From IMG/VR virus record IMGVR_UViG_3300025600_000039, positions 1 to 34,768 of that record: a stretch of 34,768 nucleotides of DNA; one strand, 5' to 3'. The notes under the pieces were generated by a model. It saw nothing but the letters and a program-made list of their open reading frames with translations, was not told where the DNA came from and ran no database searches. Source of the DNA: a virus. Its lineage: Duplodnaviria; Caudoviricetes. Position 1 is the first letter of the stretch. Every line of letters begins with the position of its first letter. Positions 17,911 through 27,168 of the stretch are shown one piece after another. Both the position numbers and the translations under genes were made by a program.

Positions 17911-18348
17911 TTAAACCTTATTTGGATCAGATGGATTATTAATTATTCCCAATGCCGACATGGCAATCAAAACAAGATTAATTGCACTATCTTGATATGG
18001 AATTTCAATTTTTAATGAATATTTTAATACTAAACAAATCAATGTAAAAACTGACCCCCATAATATCCAACTTTTAAATCTATTTTGAGTTACTGGAATT
18101 TCTGTTGGTGTAGCATTAGTTACCCCTTGTGCTACTTGATGTAAAACATCTATTACTTGTGGTATTGCTTCCTCAATTACATTCGCTGTTGCCTGTGCAA
18201 CCTGTTCGATTGGTGTTTCTATTGGTGTGTTTGCCTCTACAACTTCTACTGGTGTTGCTACTTCGGTTACTTGATTTGTAGGTGCTATTATTTCTATTGG
18301 TGTTGGTACTTGAACTTCTACTGGTGCGTTTACGTTTTGTTCGTCCAT
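17911..18348 (-). CDS. Holin with a long acidic low-complexity N-terminal extension
   Basis: C-terminal two-TM domain NRFKSWILW...ALGIINNPS typical of phi LC3-like holins; directly follows the endolysin. Confidence 0.75.
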   Translation of the reverse strand: MDEQNVNAPVEVQVPTPIEIIAPTNQVTEVATPVEVVEANTPIETPIEQVAQATANVIEEAIPQVIDVLHQVAQGVTNATPTEIPVTQNRFKSWILWGSVFTLICLVLKYSLKIEIPYQDSAINLVLIAMSALGIINNPSDPNKV

Positions 18349-18434
18349 AATATTATCTTCTTTCTTAAATTATTTTATTTTTAATATTTAATTACTTTAT
18401 AATCTCCACTGTTCATATAATCACCTATTATAGC

Positions 18435-19532
18435 CTATACCTTTTTAGCTTCTTTGATATAAATCCACCCTGTTATTGCTTTACCAACACCTACAAGAAT
18501 ACGGTCGGTTTTAACCTGCAACACATCATATGTGCGTAGTTTCGCCCAAAAAGGAATATTTTCACCTGTTATATATTTCTTGCCTGTCATTTTAATTTTG
18601 CTTCCAACTTTAATTGATGGTACAACTGGTTTTGCTGCTGCTACTGGTTTAACGACTGGTGGTGGAGTAGCAACAGAATTTACAACTGTCACATCACATA
18701 TCTTAACCCAGCTCATAATACCACTCAATAAAACTTTGTCACTTGCAGTCTGACTTACGGTATAAACTGAACCCTTGACAAAACTTGCCATATCCTCACC
18801 AGTTGCATATTTTTGAGCAGTTGGGTTTACTTTGACTTTTGTGCCAACCGCAATTGTAGGAGATGAAGTAGAAACAGGTTGTGGAATAGGTTTAACAACT
18901 ACTGGTTGTACTACAACTGGTTGTATATTTGAATTAATAGTAGTAGTTGAATAATCTTTATATGCTATATCCATATCAACATTACCAATAATACCATCAA
19001 CTTTACCAACATTAGTATATTGCCAAATACCTATATTACCTTTATATGTAGGTGAATTTCCCCATTCGGCAAGCCATAAATCAAACCTACCAAGAATAGA
19101 CATATCAAGTCTATTTTTAATCCAATCAAGACTTGCATACATCATGGTATAATAACCTGCTTTTTCAACTATTCCACAAAATGTTAATGCAATTTGAGTA
19201 AGTTCCGAATTACTAAGATGTTTTTGACTTTCATCCTCAATATCAAACATAACTGGATATTCAAACTTTTTTCCAGTAATATTATCAAGGAAAAATTTTG
19301 CTTCTAATTTTGCATCTTCTACATTTTGAGCATAACTATAATGGTATGTCCCAATCGGCATACCATTTTGTTTAGCTTTAATATAATTATTTTCAAATTG
19401 CTTATCCTTTTGAGAAGTATTCTTTCCATATCCAGAACGGATAATTGCAAATTGTATTCCTGAATTTTTAACTTTATTCCAATCAATTACTCCTTGAAAT
19501 TCTGAAACATCAATACCTTTTAATTGCACCAT
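18435..19532 (-). CDS. Endolysin: GH25 muramidase, Pro/Val linker and two SH3-like wall-binding repeats
   Basis: GIDVSEFQG, FDIE, WQYT, VDMD motifs; two VG(T/S)K(V/I)K...KY.TGE...(S/G)W repeats. Confidence 0.92.
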   Translation of the reverse strand: MVQLKGIDVSEFQGVIDWNKVKNSGIQFAIIRSGYGKNTSQKDKQFENNYIKAKQNGMPIGTYHYSYAQNVEDAKLEAKFFLDNITGKKFEYPVMFDIEDESQKHLSNSELTQIALTFCGIVEKAGYYTMMYASLDWIKNRLDMSILGRFDLWLAEWGNSPTYKGNIGIWQYTNVGKVDGIIGNVDMDIAYKDYSTTTINSNIQPVVVQPVVVKPIPQPVSTSSPTIAVGTKVKVNPTAQKYATGEDMASFVKGSVYTVSQTASDKVLLSGIMSWVKICDVTVVNSVATPPPVVKPVAAAKPVVPSIKVGSKIKMTGKKYITGENIPFWAKLRTYDVLQVKTDRILVGVGKAITGWIYIKEAKKV

Positions 19533-19553
19533 TTTATATTATCTCCTTAAATT

Positions 19554-19691
19554 TTATTTTATCAGTAAACTTAAACCAAAAAAGAACATACCAAGCCAAC
19601 CTAACTGTACTGGGTTTGTTTTAGGTAATGATATAGAAGCAAGAAACCAGCAAATTACTGCAAGTACCATCAAAATTAAAGTAACATTCAT
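19554..19691 (-). CDS. Uncalled 45-aa two-TM membrane protein before the endolysin
   Basis: GAAAGGTAGGG RBS; MNVTLILMVLAVICWFLASISLPKTNPVQLGWLGMFFFGLSLLIK; fills the intergenic gap. Confidence 0.75.
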   Translation of the reverse strand: MNVTLILMVLAVICWFLASISLPKTNPVQLGWLGMFFFGLSLLIK

Positions 19692-19728
19692 AGTAAATAT
19701 CCCTACCTTTCTTTTAATATTTTATAAA

Positions 19729-20283
19729 TCAAAGTTTACCTGTTGTTAGGAATTGTAGAATTAAAAATGTAATGATACCGCCTCCAATTGCATATAACAT
19801 TCCTATGATTGGACTAAAAGTACTCGACCTACCTTTAGCCACATTCTGTGTATTTACTAAATCTGTAACCAAGGCTACTAAATCAGGTGAAGCTACACTT
19901 TTGCCTTGATTTTCCCATTGCGCTTGTTCTAACTTTGCAAATCTTGCATCTTGTTGAGTAGTAATCAGCGAAAGTTGGGTTGCTATTGTAACGGCTGTAC
20001 CCTCAACGGATTTACGAAGAACCTCTGCATTTTCCAACATCTGTGCATTAAGCAACTCTGCTGTTTTTACTGCTTGTACATTGGCAACTCTAACAGCCTC
20101 AATATCGCCTTTTCGCAATTCATTAATGCGGTCACTTTCAGCAATGTTCCTATCGTCAATACGTTTTATTTCCGCTTTAAATAAATCATTAGAATTTTTA
20201 ATTAAAGCTTCAAAATTTTTAACTAAAGTATCAATCATTCGAACTACATTTGCGGATGGGTCATCAACTAATATTTCTGCCAT
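19729..20283 (-). CDS. Coiled-coil protein with a C-terminal TM anchor, probably lysis-associated
   Basis: Heptad-rich body and C-terminal IIGMLYAIGGGIITFLILQFL; topology like XhlA-type phage membrane proteins. Confidence 0.55.
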   Translation of the reverse strand: MAEILVDDPSANVVRMIDTLVKNFEALIKNSNDLFKAEIKRIDDRNIAESDRINELRKGDIEAVRVANVQAVKTAELLNAQMLENAEVLRKSVEGTAVTIATQLSLITTQQDARFAKLEQAQWENQGKSVASPDLVALVTDLVNTQNVAKGRSSTFSPIIGMLYAIGGGIITFLILQFLTTGKL

Positions 20284-20371
20284 TTTATGGTCATCCCCTT
20301 ATTTTGTAATTTTTATGTCATTTGTGATGTGTTTTTGTATAATTCTATTGTGATAAAATGCTGAATTTATA

Positions 20372-20647
20372 CTAAGTTGATATTTCTATCACATCTTCTG
20401 CCTTAACCTCATCTACCTCGATATAATTATCTATACTATCCATTGTGCCTATCGTGATATGATTTGAAAGCACCGCATCATCAGATAAACGCTTAAACAC
20501 TTTGCTGTCATCTGAATAAATATCTATTGTTTCTACTTCAATTGTTTCACCATTTTGCACAAAAGTATTATATGGCATTCCGTTTTCATCTGTTATTGTT
20601 GTCATATCACCTAATTCAACTGTTTGATACGTTTTATCTATTTTCAT
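20372..20647 (-). CDS. Small acidic protein, possible fibre-associated protein/chaperone
   Basis: AAGGAG RBS; follows the LRR gene; LGTMDSIDNYIEV-like ending (IGTMDSIDNYIEV). Confidence 0.55.
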   Translation of the reverse strand: MKIDKTYQTVELGDMTTITDENGMPYNTFVQNGETIEVETIDIYSDDSKVFKRLSDDAVLSNHITIGTMDSIDNYIEVDEVKAEDVIEIST

Positions 20648-20656
20648 ACTTTCTCC

Positions 20657-21589
20657 TTATAATGCATCAAATGCTGTTTTTGTTGTATTCCATGTAACTG
20701 TTAATTGTCCGCTTGAACTGTAATAATTCCAGTAAGTCCCCCATCCTGCAGGTTTTGACGCTACTTCACAATAAATATGTAATCCAGAAGAACATTGATA
20801 AAAGGGAGATGCAGAATACGAGGATGTAGTAATAGTGGCGCAAGTAGAGGATATCCATATTTTAGTAAACCTAGTACAACCATAAAATGCACTGGCACCT
20901 ATCGATGTTAAACCACTTGGTAAAGAAGTTAATACCAAATTAGTACAAATTGAAAATGCATATGTACCTATCGATGTTAACTTACTCGGTAAAGAAGTTA
21001 ATGCTAAAAGAGAACAACCATTAAATGCACTGTTACCTATTGATATTACACCACTTGGTAAAGAAGTTAATGCCAAAATGGTACAACCTTGAAATGCATA
21101 AGCGTCTATTGATGTTAAACCACTTGGTAAAGAAGTTAATGCTAAAAGAGAACAACCCTTAAATGCATATGTACCTATCGATGTTAAACCACTTGGTAAA
21201 GAAGTTAATGATAAAAGGAAACAATTTTGAAATGCATAGGTGCCTATCGATGTTAAACCACTTGGTAAAGAAGTTAATGATAAAAGAGTACAACCATTAA
21301 ATGCCTGATTACCTATCGATATTACACCACTTGGTAGACTTACAGAGGTAAGAGCAGTCTCACTAAAAAATTGGTATCCTGATACAAATGTGCCATAAAT
21401 GGTTGCTGTAACAATATTATTACTTCCGTCTATCATATCAAACGACACTCCTGCAATAATATTTGTAATTTCTGTAATAGCAGTAATAGCAGTAGCCATA
21501 TTATCCAAAGACAATGATCCTGAGGTACCTGTCTTTGCTCGTATCGCGTTAGCAATAGCAGTCATTTTAGTATCTATACTCATTACCAA
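20657..21589 (-). CDS. BspA-type leucine-rich repeat (LRR_5) protein
   Basis: About 7 tandem 23-aa repeats LTSLPSGLTSIGxxAFxxCxxL (69-bp DNA repeats); N-terminal TAIANAIRAKTG...LDNMATAI module. Confidence 0.9.
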   Translation of the reverse strand: MVMSIDTKMTAIANAIRAKTGTSGSLSLDNMATAITAITEITNIIAGVSFDMIDGSNNIVTATIYGTFVSGYQFFSETALTSVSLPSGVISIGNQAFNGCTLLSLTSLPSGLTSIGTYAFQNCFLLSLTSLPSGLTSIGTYAFKGCSLLALTSLPSGLTSIDAYAFQGCTILALTSLPSGVISIGNSAFNGCSLLALTSLPSKLTSIGTYAFSICTNLVLTSLPSGLTSIGASAFYGCTRFTKIWISSTCATITTSSYSASPFYQCSSGLHIYCEVASKPAGWGTYWNYYSSSGQLTVTWNTTKTAFDAL

Positions 21590-21993
21590 CTACCTCCTAA
21601 AATGGCATCATCTACATAACCCTTAATAACTGCAATATCGGCGACAGTCCAATAGTCAATACCTCGTACAGGAGTGTAGCCTTGAATACCTTGACCACCA
21701 GTATCACCTTGTTCTCCTTGTATACCTGTATTACCAGTTGCTCCAGCTGTTCCGTTAACGCCATCGAAGTAATCCACGCCTTTAACTGGAGTAATGCCAT
21801 CTGTGCCATTCGTTCCGTCAGTTCCTGCAATGCCTTGAATACCTTGTTCTCCAGTATCTCCTGTCAATCCTATTTCACCTTGTGCACCTGAACCTATAAT
21901 AGTAGCTGTTATTTTTAATTCTGGAGAAATAATTCCTATAATATTTACTGGAGGTTCTATTTTTCCTATTAAATCATTCATATGTAACCTCAC
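21583..21993 (-). CDS. Collagen-like (Gly-X-Y) phage fibre protein
   Basis: Two Gly-X-Y tracts, each ending in TPVKGVDYF/TPVRGIDYW; probable start ATG 21980-region Met (MNDLIG) overlapping the upstream stop. Confidence 0.8.
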   Translation of the reverse strand: MRLHMNDLIGKIEPPVNIIGIISPELKITATIIGSGAQGEIGLTGDTGEQGIQGIAGTDGTNGTDGITPVKGVDYFDGVNGTAGATGNTGIQGEQGDTGGQGIQGYTPVRGIDYWTVADIAVIKGYVDDAILGGSW

Positions 21994-22315
21994 CGATTAT
22001 TGAAAATTTACTTGGAGGTATAATTGTTGTTACAGTTCCATCTGCTCTTGTTAGTTGGACATCATATTTTAATTCACAAAATCTTAAATCCTTTGTATCA
22101 TCATGGCTAATATCTATGATAGCTGTACCATTAACAAATGCTGTAATAATCTTTTGTAATATTTTTGCCGATGTATTAATATTTGTTTTAATAGTAAAAT
22201 AAATAATATCACCAGTAATAAGAGGAACGTTTATTCCATTGCTATTCATACATGATACGGTAATTATTTCACTATCCCCTCGTACCATACTAATATCAGT
22301 ACCTTTAATTTTCAT
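21974..22315 (-). CDS. BppU N-terminal-like baseplate/fibre attachment protein
   Basis: RGDS...FTIK...DDTKDL...YDVQL...TII pattern; AGGAGG RBS. Confidence 0.65.
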   Translation of the reverse strand: MKIKGTDISMVRGDSEIITVSCMNSNGINVPLITGDIIYFTIKTNINTSAKILQKIITAFVNGTAIIDISHDDTKDLRFCELKYDVQLTRADGTVTTIIPPSKFSIIGEVTYE

Positions 22316-22410
22316 GTGATTTTTCCTCCTTTTATTGTTGATATTGGTTTATTTATTATATTGTTTAGATTTTGGTTTGCATGAAATTTATATTTTGTTA
22401 TGATGTTGCG

Positions 22411-22466
22411 AAAAAAATAACGGAAGGCAATTTCTGCCTTTTAGCATTAATCAACCTTCCGTTATT
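22411..22466 (-). terminator. Terminator after the major tail gene, with alternative nested stems
   Basis: AAUAACGGAAGG...CCUUCCGUUAUU followed by a U-run; inner AAGGCA/UGCCUU hairpin shares the CCUU segment. Confidence 0.65.
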
Positions 22467-22490
22467 AAGATATTTTATTTTAACTATTTA

Positions 22491-23480
22491 TTACGATGCT
22501 GTTACGTTAACATAATCTTTTAATCCAGAAATAATATTGGTCACAGAAATCAGCGAAGTTCCAACAGCGATCCTCGTAAGAAGCCCTCCAGCACTCACAG
22601 TACAAGTTGCAGGAGTCCCACTCACAAATGTACATAATGAAGGATCAAGAGTTACAGGAGCATAGTTACCACCACGTAATCCGTATATTGTAAGAATTTG
22701 GGTAGGAGTTCCAACACTTAAAGCAACAGTTGAAGGAGATGCTACGATATTTGTATACGCAATTGTAGCAGTGGTATAGGCAATATTATAACTACCATAT
22801 GACTTTGTTGCTTGATCTGCAATAGCCTTACCAGCCATTGGTGTAGTTGAATACCCATCGGCTTTTAAAGTTATAGTAAAATTACCGTCTGGTTTAAATT
22901 GCGGTATTACAATATGTACTTCTGCCGACTGCCCATTCTTATCAAACATTTTAGCAATAAGAGTAAGTTCATAAGTTTTAGTAAATAGACTTGCATTCAA
23001 ATCAATAGTATCAACACTAACGCTATATTTATATACTGCCTCTACTGTTTGATTTGCAAAACCTACATATGTAACAGACATTGTGCTTGGAACTACTGTT
23101 GCAATTACACCAGTAGTACTTTGTAAATAAACATTACCAACTGGAGCTGTAGTTATTGTTCCTATACCACTACCATTAAGTGTAATAAATTCTCTTTTAA
23201 AAATATTTTTAGCACCATTAGTAATTAATGTACCACTATTTATCGCTAAAAATCCTTCCTCGAATTTTGCATCAGAAATTGTAATATCAAGCATTTTACT
23301 ATGTTGATAGGTATAAAGTACTTGATTGCCATAACCACCCTGAATATCCGCAGAAGTTACCTTTTGTGCAATAGTTGAATCAATTTCGGTTTTACCATAA
23401 ACCATTATCTGGTCGGCTTGCACGTCACGAACAATTACGTCTGCTGTAGAAATTAAAAACTGATTATAATTAGTTGACAT
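22491..23480 (-). CDS. Major tail tube protein with a C-terminal Ig-like (Big_2) domain
   Basis: Thr/Val-rich beta protein, strong AGGAGG RBS, followed by a terminator; C-terminal VASPSTVALSVG...TVSAGGLLTRIAVGTSLISVT Ig-like pattern. Confidence 0.75.
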   Translation of the reverse strand: MSTNYNQFLISTADVIVRDVQADQIMVYGKTEIDSTIAQKVTSADIQGGYGNQVLYTYQHSKMLDITISDAKFEEGFLAINSGTLITNGAKNIFKREFITLNGSGIGTITTAPVGNVYLQSTTGVIATVVPSTMSVTYVGFANQTVEAVYKYSVSVDTIDLNASLFTKTYELTLIAKMFDKNGQSAEVHIVIPQFKPDGNFTITLKADGYSTTPMAGKAIADQATKSYGSYNIAYTTATIAYTNIVASPSTVALSVGTPTQILTIYGLRGGNYAPVTLDPSLCTFVSGTPATCTVSAGGLLTRIAVGTSLISVTNIISGLKDYVNVTAS

Positions 23481-23507
23481 ATATTTATTCCTCCTTGATT
23501 ATTCTTT

Positions 23508-24278
23508 TTATTTCAAACTCTCTTTAAGAGTATTGATTGTTTTATCTGCATCTTTAACAACAAGTCCATCAAATGCACCTCTTGGTTCAATATGTGAAAA
23601 TGGATGTTTTATTTCTTCTTTAAATGTCACTGTTCCAGCCAATTCTGCACCTTTGAGAAGTTTATAATCTTCTTTTCTAAATAAAATTTGTAATCCTTTT
23701 GTAAATTTTCTAATTGTTAAATCATAAATTTTTTCATAATCCAAACCAGTATAAAGATGATATAAAATTGTTTGTTCTTCAAAATCCGCAAATTCAAAAG
23801 ATTTTTTTTTGTTAAATTCAGCAGTTTCAGCTAATGCTTTTTTTATTTTTTCATCAAGTATCCATTCTTCATATTCCATACAATGTTGTAATAATATTAT
23901 TTTTCTAATTTCATCAAAATCTTGTGATAAAAATTCAACACCATCTACTATAAAAAAGATAGTGTTGTTATTTGTATCTTTACGAAATTCTATTGAATGT
24001 TCATTTGAATCTAATGGGAATCTTAGAACTAAACATAATAAATGAAATAATTTAATATACGCTTGTACATCTGGTTGTATTGTGTCAAGAAAAAGCAAAT
24101 AATCTAAATATGACATTTGTAAAATTTTAATGTCATTTGTTTCATTTTTATTATAATTCAGACAATCAATACAGCTTGAAAACTCGCAGTAATCTTTTAC
24201 TAAAACAGGATATATTAACAAACCTTTATAGGGATGAGGCTTGTCATAAATATCATAATAATTTATTCCTTCACTCAC
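23508..24278 (-). CDS. Hypothetical tail-region protein (possible chaperone)
   Basis: ORF in the co-directional operon; IYDLTIRKF motif reminiscent of tail chaperones. Confidence 0.5.
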   Translation of the reverse strand: MSEGINYYDIYDKPHPYKGLLIYPVLVKDYCEFSSCIDCLNYNKNETNDIKILQMSYLDYLLFLDTIQPDVQAYIKLFHLLCLVLRFPLDSNEHSIEFRKDTNNNTIFFIVDGVEFLSQDFDEIRKIILLQHCMEYEEWILDEKIKKALAETAEFNKKKSFEFADFEEQTILYHLYTGLDYEKIYDLTIRKFTKGLQILFRKEDYKLLKGAELAGTVTFKEEIKHPFSHIEPRGAFDGLVVKDADKTINTLKESLK

Positions 24279-24281
24279 TCA

Positions 24282-24836
24282 CTACACCGCCCTATTAGAC
24301 ATAATTAATGTATATCCACAATAATTTCTATTATTAAATAGATTTAATTTTGCAGAGTTGTCATAACTTGCACTTTTGTCAAAAAACAATTGTCCAATTC
24401 CATTAATATAAGTACCATTTAGAGTAGAAATTACCTCTTGTAACAATGTCAATATTCTTGTTTGATAATTATTAAGTTGATTAATTTTGACATGAGATAA
24501 AATTTCTATACCAAAACTAATAATTCCTAAAGTTCTATTTGTAGGAATTATTACAATAGGGAACACCCTTATTTGAGAACACATTGTAGTAAAAGCATCA
24601 TCGGTAACTGGTTGCATAAAAACTCTATAATCTTCTGAATCTTCTTGACCATTCCAAATCAATTTCGCTTTTTGTTCTTGTGTTAAATTTGGTAATTGTA
24701 AAGCATCAGGAGAATTGTAATTAATTAATTTCCATACATTTTCATTATTTTGAATCAAAGATGTAATTATGTTATATGGCATTTGGGGCAATTGTTCAAA
24801 CTTATTATAAGCTTCTTGATTTATATTCATAATCAA
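24282..24836 (-). CDS. Putative tail terminator/completion protein
   Basis: Size and position between head-tail joining genes and the tail tube; overlaps the upstream stop. Confidence 0.45.
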   Translation of the reverse strand: MIMNINQEAYNKFEQLPQMPYNIITSLIQNNENVWKLINYNSPDALQLPNLTQEQKAKLIWNGQEDSEDYRVFMQPVTDDAFTTMCSQIRVFPIVIIPTNRTLGIISFGIEILSHVKINQLNNYQTRILTLLQEVISTLNGTYINGIGQLFFDKSASYDNSAKLNLFNNRNYCGYTLIMSNRAV

Positions 24837-25789
24837 AATGCCCCCTTTAGGATTACATCAATACTTACACTTGTTGCATCAGTATTATTTACACAATTAA
24901 TATGTAATTTTGATGTACTTCTTATATTATTTGTTATTGTAAAGTTATTTCCGTCAATAATAGTTAAGGTGTAATTAGCATTTGGCACACCACTTGAAGT
25001 AATAGTAAATGTATTAGTATTAGCAACTGAATTTATATATTTGTATACTGAAAATGCTTGTTGCTTTGTTTCAAGAATACTATCAATATTTGGCAATATC
25101 TTATTTGAGTTTATTATAGGCGCAACATAGTTTAATCCGTTTGCAATATTATTCACTAAATCATCGTCTGGTGAAATTTGGTCTTTAGACATAGTTAAAT
25201 ATAATAAAGGACAACTATTGACTCCTAATATATTTTTTAATAAGAAATTATTTATGGCATTAATTTTAAAAGCCTGTCCGTTAAATATAAATCTGTCATC
25301 AATTGTAAATGTGCTAGTATTAGCATTGTTTTGACAAGTAACCATTATTGTACCTTGAGTTGTATTGATTATTGGGTTATAATCAATTTTATCATAAGTC
25401 ATTTTTTGATCTATAATACATGGAATTGCGAGATGAATGTAGTTTTTATACACATTAAGGGAATTATTAGAAAGTTGTATTTTTCCTTTTGTGTAAATCT
25501 GATCATTCATATCAATATCTACTACAATCCACTTATTATTTTCCCAATCAATAATATCACCCATATTAAATATTTCATTTGGTTTAGATAGAATTGTTTT
25601 TACATCTAATAAATTTGTAGATATTATAGTGACACCTTGCTCAATATCTTTTGTTATGTTAATAATTTTTTCATAATTTGTAGTAGATTCAAACCCATCT
25701 AAAACTCGTTCTTGTGTTTCTAATATCAAAACTTCTTTATCAGAAAGTGAAGAACATGTTCGTTTTTTGTATAAATCATAAAATCCCAT
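24833..25789 (-). CDS. Putative head-closure/adaptor protein with a C-terminal Ig-like region
   Basis: Two beta-barrel-like repeats (GDIIDWENNKWIV; DDRFIFNGQAFKI); position in the neck module. Confidence 0.55.
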   Translation of the reverse strand: MGFYDLYKKRTCSSLSDKEVLILETQERVLDGFESTTNYEKIINITKDIEQGVTIISTNLLDVKTILSKPNEIFNMGDIIDWENNKWIVVDIDMNDQIYTKGKIQLSNNSLNVYKNYIHLAIPCIIDQKMTYDKIDYNPIINTTQGTIMVTCQNNANTSTFTIDDRFIFNGQAFKINAINNFLLKNILGVNSCPLLYLTMSKDQISPDDDLVNNIANGLNYVAPIINSNKILPNIDSILETKQQAFSVYKYINSVANTNTFTITSSGVPNANYTLTIIDGNNFTITNNIRSTSKLHINCVNNTDATSVSIDVILKGAF

Positions 25790-25805
25790 ATCTTCACATC
25801 CTTAT

Positions 25806-26447
25806 TTAATTAAATCCTTTGAAGTCAGAATCGAAACTATATGAAACAATTAAGTTTCTCATTTCTATTAATGAGTTTTTTCTTAATTCTCCTAATTCCT
25901 TCAGTAGGTTCGCAGGGCTAAACATGTTGAAGTCTTTCGTTGTAAGTCTGTTTTTTAAGTTCTCCATATTGTTTAAATATTGACTATTCCATGAAATAAT
26001 CATTCCATGTGCCAATATCCAACATTCTTCATCATTCAAATCATCATTAAATTGACCTATAAAATTATATCCACATTCAATATTTACATTATCTTGTGGT
26101 AATTCTGTTAAAGTGAAAGTTAGTGTTATTGGATCAAAAACGAAAGGAGTTTCAAAATCTTCAACATTAACGAAATATTCTATTGCTTCTGAATTTGCAT
26201 CGTCTGGATATTTACCTATGACATATGCTTTATCTACGCCATTTGCAACAAAACTTTGACTATAAAAATCTGATTTTGCAATAAGTTTCAAATTCTTTTT
26301 ACAAGTCTTAAATCTAATAGATGAAGATTCATTTAAAAACAAATTGAGTAAAAATGTCATTTCTTCATCTGTAATTAAGTTGCTTAAACTTTTGTCTTTA
26401 ATTAATGATAGAAATTTATCAAAAATCCTATTATTTGGAGTTGACAC
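25806..26447 (-). CDS. Putative head-tail connector (adaptor) protein
   Basis: Helical N- and C-terminal parts (FNDDLNDEECWILA...TKDFNMFSPANLL); position after the capsid genes. Confidence 0.55.
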   Translation of the reverse strand: MSTPNNRIFDKFLSLIKDKSLSNLITDEEMTFLLNLFLNESSSIRFKTCKKNLKLIAKSDFYSQSFVANGVDKAYVIGKYPDDANSEAIEYFVNVEDFETPFVFDPITLTFTLTELPQDNVNIECGYNFIGQFNDDLNDEECWILAHGMIISWNSQYLNNMENLKNRLTTKDFNMFSPANLLKELGELRKNSLIEMRNLIVSYSFDSDFKGFN

Positions 26448-26460
26448 TTACATCACTCCT

Positions 26461-27096
26461 TTAATGTGTGAATAATTGTGGTTGTGCAGAGGTTTGTCTT
26501 AAATAGTTCATCTTTGAGTTATCTGTAAACACACCTTGCTTATATAAAATGTATCCAACTTCAAGTATTGTTTCTACAATTTCCGTTGAATTTTTCACTT
26601 TGTTTTCAAATTCATTTAATTTAACTTTTGAAGTAAATAAATTTTCAACATCAATTGGACTTATTTTGTTTGTATCAAGATATATACTATTCAAACTTAA
26701 ATTCCTAATTACATCATCAATAGTTACATCTGCATTATCAGATAAAACCTCAATTGGTACAACTTTACCAGTTTTCATAATTGAAGAATTTCTACCATGA
26801 AAGCTCTTTAAATCTTTAAATGATATTGTATTCGTGTCACCATATCCATTAAGTTCTACAAAGAAATTTTGTCCTCTATCATCACCGATAATGAATTTTC
26901 CATCTCCATTGGCTTTAATAACTATAATTGCACTATCAGGAACAAATTTATATTTATTACTACTTTTTGATGTTTGTTCTTTTTCAGCTAAAACTTCAGC
27001 AACTCTTAGTGCAACAATTTCATCAATAGATAAAGTTTCTTTTATTACATCATTGTTTTGTAAATCTTCTTCTTCAGAATTTATTTTTTTTGCCAT
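26461..27096 (-). CDS. Hypothetical head-region protein
   Basis: ORF with GAGGA RBS directly after the major capsid gene. Confidence 0.6.
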   Translation of the reverse strand: MAKKINSEEEDLQNNDVIKETLSIDEIVALRVAEVLAEKEQTSKSSNKYKFVPDSAIIVIKANGDGKFIIGDDRGQNFFVELNGYGDTNTISFKDLKSFHGRNSSIMKTGKVVPIEVLSDNADVTIDDVIRNLSLNSIYLDTNKISPIDVENLFTSKVKLNEFENKVKNSTEIVETILEVGYILYKQGVFTDNSKMNYLRQTSAQPQLFTH

Positions 27097-27121
27097 TGTA
27101 AATCCTCACTTCTATTTTTCT

Positions 27122-27153
27122 AAATAATAAGGGGAGATATTTCACTCCCCTTT
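27122..27153 (-). terminator. Terminator after the major capsid gene
   Basis: AAGGGGAG-loop-CUCCCCUU followed by AUUAUUU. Confidence 0.7.
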
Positions 27154-27168
27154 ATATGTATCCGTTTA

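Noticed and set aside
20880-21340. Repeats as CRISPR or a DGR template/variable repeat
   Set aside because: They are contiguous in-frame 69-bp LRR coding repeats; no spacers and no reverse transcriptase in the window.
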